Part shown: piece by piece, positions 58,771 to 64,000 of the stretch
How the letters are laid out: every line of letters starts with the position of its first letter
Position numbering within the stretch: position 1 is the first letter of the stretch
Source: an uncultured Lachnoclostridium sp.
GTDB lineage: Bacteria; Bacillota; Clostridia; Lachnospirales; Lachnospiraceae
DNA: 64,000 nt
NCBI GenBank assembly: GCA_947369165.1
Contig: CANBKJ010000004.1
Location: 4,552 to 68,551 of the forward strand
Direction: 5' to 3'
Program-made: the position numbers and the translations under genes
The notes under the pieces: generated by a model
The model's database searches: none
Seen by the model: the letters and a program-made list of their open reading frames with translations, nothing else
What the model was told of the DNA's origin: nothing

Positions 58771-59703
58771 ATGGCTATTTCAGCATCTATGGTAAAAGAA
58801 TTAAGAGAATTGACAGGTGCCGGCATGATGGATTGTAAGAAGGCTCTTACAAATACAGACGGCGATATGGATAAAGCAGTTGATTATCTGCGTGAGAATG
58901 GTCTTGCAAAGGCTGAGAAAAAAGCAGGAAGAATTGCAGCAGAAGGTATTGTAAAAACAAATATCAGTGAGGACGGCAAACAGGCAGCGATCGTAGAAGT
59001 AAACAGCGAGACAGATTTCGTTGCTAAGAATGAGAAGTTCCAGGATTTTGTTGGCTCAGTAGCTTCCCAGATTAATGCTTCTGGAGCAGCAGATATCGAT
59101 GGCTTCATGGAAGAGGCATGGGCTGCGGATACTTCCAAGACAGTGAAAGAGGAACTGGCATCCATGATTGCAACAATCGGTGAGAATATGAATATCCGCC
59201 GTTTCGAGAAAGTTTCCTGCGAGAATGGTCTTGTAGTAGACTACATTCATGCAGGTGGAAAGATCGGTGTTCTGATCGCAGCGGAGACAGATAACACTGG
59301 CGCAGAGGTTACAGAGTGCCTTAAGAATATTGCTATGCAGATTGCAGCAATGAATCCGAAATATCTTTCATCTGAGGATGTTTCAGAAGAGTACAAAGAG
59401 AAAGAGAAGGAAGTTCTCCTTGCTCAGGCTAAGAATGATCCTGCCAATGCCGGAAAACCGGACAACATCATTGAGAAAATGATCATTGGACGTCTCAACA
59501 AAGAGCTGAAGGAAGTCTGCCTGACAGAGCAGGTATATGTAAAGGCAGAAAACAAAGAGTCTGTAGCAAAATATGTTGAGTCTGTAGCCAAAGCAGTAGG
59601 ATGCAGTATCAAGCTCACTAAATTTGTTCGTTTTGAGACTGGTGAAGGTCTTGAGAAGAAAAATGAGGATTTTGCAGCAGAGGTGGCTGCACAGTTGAAA
59701 TAG
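58771..59703 (+). CDS. tsf: Elongation factor Ts
   Basis: VKELRELTGAGMMDCKKAL; EVNSETDFVAKN; RFETGEG. Confidence 0.98.
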   Translation: MAISASMVKELRELTGAGMMDCKKALTNTDGDMDKAVDYLRENGLAKAEKKAGRIAAEGIVKTNISEDGKQAAIVEVNSETDFVAKNEKFQDFVGSVASQINASGAADIDGFMEEAWAADTSKTVKEELASMIATIGENMNIRRFEKVSCENGLVVDYIHAGGKIGVLIAAETDNTGAEVTECLKNIAMQIAAMNPKYLSSEDVSEEYKEKEKEVLLAQAKNDPANAGKPDNIIEKMIIGRLNKELKEVCLTEQVYVKAENKESVAKYVESVAKAVGCSIKLTKFVRFETGEGLEKKNEDFAAEVAAQLK

Positions 59704-59732
59704 ACGCGTTAGCTACGAGCCACGCACGAGTG

Positions 59733-59777
59733 AAAAAAGGGACCAATGAGAGCTTGCTTTCAGATGGTTCCTTTTTT
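59733..59777. terminator. Long bidirectional hairpin after tsf
   Basis: AAAAAAGGGACC-AA-TGAGAGC-TT-GCTTTCA-GAT-GGTTCCTTTTTT. Confidence 0.7.
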
Positions 59778-59872
59778 GAACGAGTATGCGGCGACAGCCG
59801 TGACCCGACATGAAGCAAATCTGTCGGAGACAGTTTGCGGAATGGAGGGGCGTGGCGAGTAAAAAGAACCCT

Positions 59873-59910
59873 AAAAAACGCTGGGAACACGCATGTTTCC
59901 AGCGTTTTTT
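59873..59910. repeat. 38-bp near-perfect palindrome
   Basis: AAAAAACGCTGGGAAC-ACGCAT-GTTTCCAGCGTTTTTT. Confidence 0.85.
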
Positions 59911-59963
59911 GCGATTTAGGGGGTATCATAACTTAGTGCAAAAAATCGTAAGTTTTTGCACCA

Positions 59964-60095
59964 AAGTTGGTCAAAAATTGGTCAAAAATTGGTCAGGCAA
60001 GTTGGTCAAAATTTTTTGACCAACTTTTGAAGCGAAGTTTGCAGGATTTTTATTAAGATAAAAAAGTTGGTACGAGGAAGACAGAAGTTGGTCAG
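59964..60095. repeat. Cluster of TTGGTCA direct and inverted repeats
   Basis: TTGGTCA at 59967, 59978, 59989, 60002 and 60088; inverted copy at 60017; TTGGTAC at 60067. Confidence 0.9.
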
Positions 60096-60155
60096 GAGGA
60101 TAAACTTCTGTTTTTTATATAATCAAAGTCGCTAGAGAGCGGGAAAGGAGAGAAT

Positions 60156-60272
60156 ATGTATTTAGTTGAAATTGAGACAAAGCTGGGAAAAGATGGGGTA
60201 ATTCAACTGCCGGATAAGGAGCGGGAGGCAACAGGACTACATGAGGGAGATGAGATATGTCTGTTGTACTTG
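60156..60272 (+). pseudogene. Truncated AbrB/MazE/SpoVT-like DNA-binding protein gene
   Basis: AAGGAG RBS; KLGKDGVIQLPDKEREATGLHEGDEICL matches the swapped-hairpin pattern; the frame then runs into IS DNA. Confidence 0.6.
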
Positions 60273-60761
60273 AACTGCGCTACATTCCGGTTGTGGCGTT
60301 GCAGTAGGCTTGTGAAACATACTGGCTTCCCCTGTCGCTGTGGATGATAAGGGGAAGACTGGTGCACCGCCTTGCTTTTGCTTTATTGATCGTGTCAATG
60401 ACGCAGGATACCTCCATGCAATCGGAGAGAGTCCATGCAATGATCTTTCGTGCATACAAATCCATGATGCTTGTCAGATAGACAAAGCCGTCATGAGTCC
60501 AAATATAAGTGATGTCCATACATCAGACGGCATTTGGACGTTCCGGGTTAAGTGTTCGTCCAGGATGTTGTGGAGCCGGTTGCTGAAATCGGAGTTTTGA
60601 CTCAGATCGGGATGCTGCTTACGGTATAGAATGGCATCTAACTTAAACTGTTTGCTGTGTTGTTTTTTCTTGGACATAATGAGAACCTCCTTAATGAAGC
60701 TATTATAACATGGATTAGGGGATAACTCATTTTAATTTGTACAATTTTTATTCTAACACCA
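60273..60761 (-). mobile_element. IS3-family insertion sequence remnant (left end, orfA start, orfB fragment)
   Basis: Minus-strand end TGGTGTTAGAATAAAAATTGTACA; orfA MSKKKQHSKQFKLDA; rve motifs DITYIWT, DLYARKII, HSDRGSQY; internal deletion, frameshift and stop codons. Confidence 0.9.
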
Positions 60762-61091
60762 AAGTGAAGCATAGTGGAAAAGCCGTTCCGAATCAGTACC
60801 GCCATCTGATAGATCAAGAAAATACCATCATGGGATTTAGAGGGCAGTTTGGGACGATTTGAGAAGTAGAACTACAGAATAGATGTGCAGTAAGATGGCT
60901 GTATTATACAGGGTCGAAAATCAAGCAGGAGAAAGAGTCGGGGTTGAAAACCACCCTGGCTCAGATTACAGCGGACGGCAATGCCGACCGCTTAAAGGCG
61001 TTGTGAGGGATGTGGTGGAAACGGTGGCTGTGGGTTGGTTTGAAGAATGAAGTGAGGGAGTGTGGGTTGGATTTAGGAATAAGTGGCTTGT

Positions 61092-61160
61092 ATGAAGAAA
61101 ATTATGGGAGTTACCCAAGATATGCCGTCCGATGACTATGAAATTATTGTTTATTACTAA
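61092..61160 (+). pseudogene. 3'-terminal remnant of a small gene (MKKIMGVTQDMPSDDYEIIVYY*)
   Basis: Protein-like C-terminus ending just before the first cassette site; upstream frames are broken. Confidence 0.35.
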
Positions 61161-61186
61161 AGATTGTGATAACATAGTTTAAGACG

Positions 61187-61202
61187 ATAAATTTGAAGTT
61201 GT
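61187..61202. repeat. Putative cassette recombination site 1
   Basis: ATAAAT-TTGA-AGTTGT followed by GGAGGT. Confidence 0.6.
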
Positions 61203-61210
61203 GGAGGTAC

Positions 61211-61624
61211 ATGATGAATAATAACGACATTGTAAAATATTTCTATGAAGTTATTGTTTCAGAAAATCTACTTGATGAGCTTTCTAAATACATATCAGAA
61301 GATTGTGTGCAGAGAGCTGGTGAAAAAGAAATTTTCATAGGAATAGACGGAATGAAACAACACCTTTTAGCATTGAAAAAAACTTATCCAGACTATACTA
61401 TGAAAATTATTCGTCAATATGTAGCAGATGATTATGTTATCTCGGAATTTGTTATGAGAGGAACACATAAGGGAGATTTTATCGGAATAACACCTACAAA
61501 TAAGGTTTTGGAGATTATAGGAGTGAATATTGATAAGGTTATAAACGGAAGAATTGTTGAACATGGCGGTGCTGCGAATACTTTTGAAACTTTTTTTGAA
61601 CATCGTTTAATTAAACCTGTATAA
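61211..61624 (+). CDS. SnoaL-like ester cyclase / NTF2-like protein
   Basis: LKKTYPDYTMKI...DDYVISEFVMRGTHKGDFIGITPTNK...GRIVEH; GGAGG RBS supplied by site 1; AT-rich. Confidence 0.85.
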   Translation: MMNNNDIVKYFYEVIVSENLLDELSKYISEDCVQRAGEKEIFIGIDGMKQHLLALKKTYPDYTMKIIRQYVADDYVISEFVMRGTHKGDFIGITPTNKVLEIIGVNIDKVINGRIVEHGGAANTFETFFEHRLIKPV

Positions 61625-61627
61625 AAT

Positions 61628-61643
61628 ACAAATCGGAAGTTGT
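61628..61643. repeat. Putative cassette recombination site 2
   Basis: ACAAAT-CGGA-AGTTGT followed by GGAGGT; 18/20 identical to site 1 over 61189-61208 vs 61630-61649. Confidence 0.65.
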
Positions 61644-61696
61644 GGAGGTTAAAAAAAGTATTGTTTTTTTGCATTTACACATGGAGTGAGTGATGA

Positions 61697-61963
61697 ATGG
61701 ATAAATTGCAACAGGAAATAAATGATTTTCATGAAGCTGTTAAATTGATTAAAAGAGTTAAAAAACAGGTCAGATATCCGCAAATCTTGCGAGAAGAAGA
61801 CATTGCAACTTGTAATAACAGTACATTAGAGGCTGTATTATTTTTTGCACTTTGTAATATGATTGGAAAGGGTGAAACAGGACTATATCCCGAACTAAAT
61901 GAAAACTGGGAAGAAATTGAACTGGCAATTCAAGAATATATTGCTTGTTTGCAAAAGGAATAA
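61697..61963 (+). CDS. Hypothetical 88-aa protein (AT-rich cassette gene)
   Basis: Intact ORF with GGAG upstream; lies between sites 2 and 3. Confidence 0.65.
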   Translation: MDKLQQEINDFHEAVKLIKRVKKQVRYPQILREEDIATCNNSTLEAVLFFALCNMIGKGETGLYPELNENWEEIELAIQEYIACLQKE

Positions 61964-61982
61964 TTCTTTAGAGGATAAAAAC

Positions 61983-61998
61983 AGAAATTACCATTTGT
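61983..61998. repeat. Putative cassette recombination site 3
   Basis: AGAAAT-TACC-ATTTGT followed by CGGGGAG. Confidence 0.5.
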
Positions 61999-62008
61999 CG
62001 GGGAGATA

Positions 62009-62485
62009 GCAAAGCCAGCCGAGCCAGTCAACGGTCAAGATGAACGGCGCATTTCATGCGCCGTCGTTGACAGCCCCGCCCGTCTTTGCTCAAAGGTAAT
62101 CAAGGCGGGAAAGCCTTAAAATGGCCTTCCCACCCATTTTAATTTTGAGAAAGAAAACGCTCAAAAATTAGAAAGAGTGCAGCCAAGCACTTTGAGAGAT
62201 TGGCCGCCTTGTCCACCTATTCAGCAGAACGGCGGGCAGCAGTCAAGGCCGGGTGTGAGCCCGTTCATTTCAGCCTTGACGGTTGCCCACTGTCCTGCTA
62301 CTTTTCCGGGAGTGTGGCCACACTTCGGGACACTTTGCAAGCAAAGTCGTGTGCCAAGGGGCAAGCCCCTTTGGAAACCCCGAACAACAAAACAGGCTGA
62401 ATATCTCGCACTCTCTCGGTGCTTGATACTCAGTCTTTATTTGTTGTCAGCAGCCCCCGTTTCGTGGTCTGCATGTAGTTCCTTG
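62009..62485. mobile_element. GC-rich, non-coding, hairpin-rich module of a mobilisable element with an oriT-like site
   Basis: Nested inverted repeats; AGTGTGGCCACACT palindrome; ACTTTGC-AA-GCAAAGT-CGTGTG; abrupt GC rise (37/60 G+C at 62221-62280 vs 16/60 at 61381-61440). Confidence 0.55.
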
Positions 62486-62488
62486 TAA

Positions 62489-63116
62489 ACTGACCTAACG
62501 AAGAAAATAAATAAAAAGACATATACCATGAAACAGAGCAGCAGTAAAAAGGTCCGTCTTTTGGCAGTGCCAAAAGCACCCAAAGTGAAGGCAAAATACC
62601 GTTCCAGTAAAAAGAGCATTGTATCGGTCAGCAAAATAGGCGTGTTGAAAGCGAAAAAAGCAGGAACAGCAAAGATAACCGTTGCGGTCAGTGGAAAGGG
62701 AAATTTTCATAAGAAACTTTGGTTTAAGGTAAAGGTGGTAAATCGGAATAACTCCGATAAAAAGAAAGAAATACCGGTTACACTTACAGTTGGCGGGAAA
62801 ACCTTTGCGGCTAAATTTTATGACAACAAGACAGCTAGGGCATTACTGGAGAAAATGCCGATGACACTTCCCATGAAAGAATTAAATGGCAATGAAAAGT
62901 ATCACTATTTTGATACGGAGTTTCCGACAAAGGAAACCTCGCCAAAGAAGATTCAGGCGGGGAAAATTAAGCTGTATGGAGGGGATTGTCTGGTTGCATT
63001 TTATAAGGCGCATACCATTTCATACGTATACGTCCGTTGGTTATGTGGAGGATGTGCCGGGATTTGTAAAAGCAGTGGGAGACGGAAATGTAATGATGAC
63101 ATTTCAAAAGAAGTAA
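62489..63116 (+). pseudogene. Ig-like (Big_2) plus cyclophilin-like-fold protein; 5'-truncated and frameshifted
   Basis: YRSSKKSIVSVSKIGVLKAKKAGTAKITV (Big_2); DNKTARAL...ELNGNEKY...AGKIKLYGGDCLVAFY (cyclophilin-like); C-terminus YTSVGYVED...GNVMMTF is in another frame from about 63026. Confidence 0.75.
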
Positions 63117-63124
63117 GTGTGAAG

Positions 63125-63245
63125 GAGATTGTCGGCTCGAAACAACCTCGCCTGACAATCTCTCGCAAGGTGTCGCAGACGCCCCTTGCTCTCTTCACAC
63201 CGGAAGAACGCCATAGCGAACAAGTTCGCATTAGCGGCGTTCTTC
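63125..63245. other. Cluster of three GC-rich hairpins (REP-like or ncRNA)
   Basis: GAGATTGTC/GACAATCTC; GCAAGG/CCTTGC; GAAGAACGCC/GGCGTTCTTC enclosing GCGAAC-AA-GTTCGC. Confidence 0.55.
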
Positions 63246-63312
63246 AATTATTGTTTGTGACGACACACTGTATTTGAGACAGAGAGAAAGAGATTGGAAA
63301 GGATGTGGCTGG

Positions 63313-64000
63313 ATGAAAAATTTCATGAAAACTCACAAGTGGGTAAAAGTGGGAGTGATTTTTCTGTGTGTTATTTTCATTTTACTGCTGGTAGCGGTTT
63401 TGTTTTTGAAGTTGTGTCCTGCTTTTGGCGGAAAGGCTTCGGCAGAAGACAGGAAAGATTATGAGAGCCGGGCAGAAAACTACAGGGATGGGAAGTTTTA
63501 TAATGATGGCGATTTTCAGATTGTCAGGGACACAGAGCAGAAAGATGAACATATCATGTCTTCGAAGGGGACGAAACCGGAAATGGAGCTTCCCGTGAAA
63601 ATACCGTCTTATGATGGGGAATTGCAAGAGGATGAGGTTCGGGTTACATGGTTTGGCCATTCTTCTCTTCTCCTTCAAATGCATGGGCTGAATATTCTGA
63701 TTGATCCGGTATTTTGTGAGCGGAGTTCTCCGGTTTCCTTTGTGGGAAATAAAAGATTTTCACACTCACCGGTTGAGGCAGGGGATTTACCACATATTGA
63801 CTTGCTGGTGCTGTCCCATGACCATTATGACCATCTGGACTATAACGTGATAAAAGAGATAGATGAAAAAGTAGACAGTTATATCGTACCGATTGGAGTA
63901 GAAAACCATTTGGAGCGTTGGGGCGTGGAGAAAAAGAAAATTCAAAATATGGCATGGTGGGAGGAAACGACAGTCAATGGGCTTACGATTGGATGTACCC
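63313..64000 (+). CDS. Membrane-anchored MBL-fold metallo-hydrolase (NAPE-PLD/RomA-like), runs off the window
   Basis: N-terminal TM; VTWFGHSSLLL; ILIDPVF; SHDHYDHLD (HxHxDH); not in the ORF track because it has no stop in the window. Confidence 0.9.
   Translation, partial: MKNFMKTHKWVKVGVIFLCVIFILLLVAVLFLKLCPAFGGKASAEDRKDYESRAENYRDGKFYNDGDFQIVRDTEQKDEHIMSSKGTKPEMELPVKIPSYDGELQEDEVRVTWFGHSSLLLQMHGLNILIDPVFCERSSPVSFVGNKRFSHSPVEAGDLPHIDLLVLSHDHYDHLDYNVIKEIDEKVDSYIVPIGVENHLERWGVEKKKIQNMAWWEETTVNGLTIGCT

Noticed and set aside
404-59929. Many antisense and nested ORFs in the track (for example 12124-12858, 23667-24155, 50626-51447)
   Set aside because: They overlap well-supported genes, lack RBS and recognisable motifs, and look like shadow ORFs
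59964-60095. TTGGTCA repeats as a CRISPR array
   Set aside because: Units are 7-11 bp with no unique spacers and no cas genes
60251-60272. TGAGATATGTCTGTTGTAC as the IS3 right inverted repeat
   Set aside because: Spacing to TTGTAC does not match the left end, and the sequence reads naturally as AbrB-like coding (DEICLLYL)
61139-61154. Fourth cassette site TGAAAT-TATT-GTTTAT
   Set aside because: Lies inside the remnant's last codons, has weaker arms and no following SD
62177-62488. GTG-start ORFs in the GC-rich hairpin module
   Set aside because: No RBS or protein-like composition; openness explained by high GC
1-64000. tRNA, rRNA, intact transposase, integrase or defence genes
   Set aside because: None recognised anywhere in the window

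Overview
Chromosomal window from a motile, spore-forming Clostridia bacterium; gene content and order point to Lachnospiraceae (inference). (1) 1-15.9 kb: a glucuronoxylan-oligosaccharide uptake and catabolism cluster. It has carbohydrate ABC permeases interleaved with an uncharacterised NHL/TPR protein, a Yip1 protein and a DUF5696-like lipoprotein, then a solute-binding lipoprotein, GH3 beta-xylosidase, GH67 alpha-glucuronidase, uxuA and uxuB. (2) 16-23.5 kb: a lone sigG on the minus strand, then ylmC-like, nrdR, yifB/comM, dprA, topA and a divergent codY. (3) 23.6-57.7 kb: a flgB-to-fliA flagellar and chemotaxis cluster with no cheC, followed by FapA/DUF342 and three hypothetical genes. (4) rpsB-tsf. 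(5) 59.7-64 kb: a decayed accessory region in place of the usual pyrH-frr. It holds palindromes and TTGGTCA repeats, an AbrB-like gene cut by an IS3 remnant, AT-rich small genes each followed by a conserved 16-bp imperfect palindrome (integron-like cassette array, the most notable finding), a GC-rich hairpin and oriT-like module, a broken Ig/cyclophilin-like gene and a partial MBL-fold hydrolase. Family assignments come from recognising motifs by eye, not from database searches.
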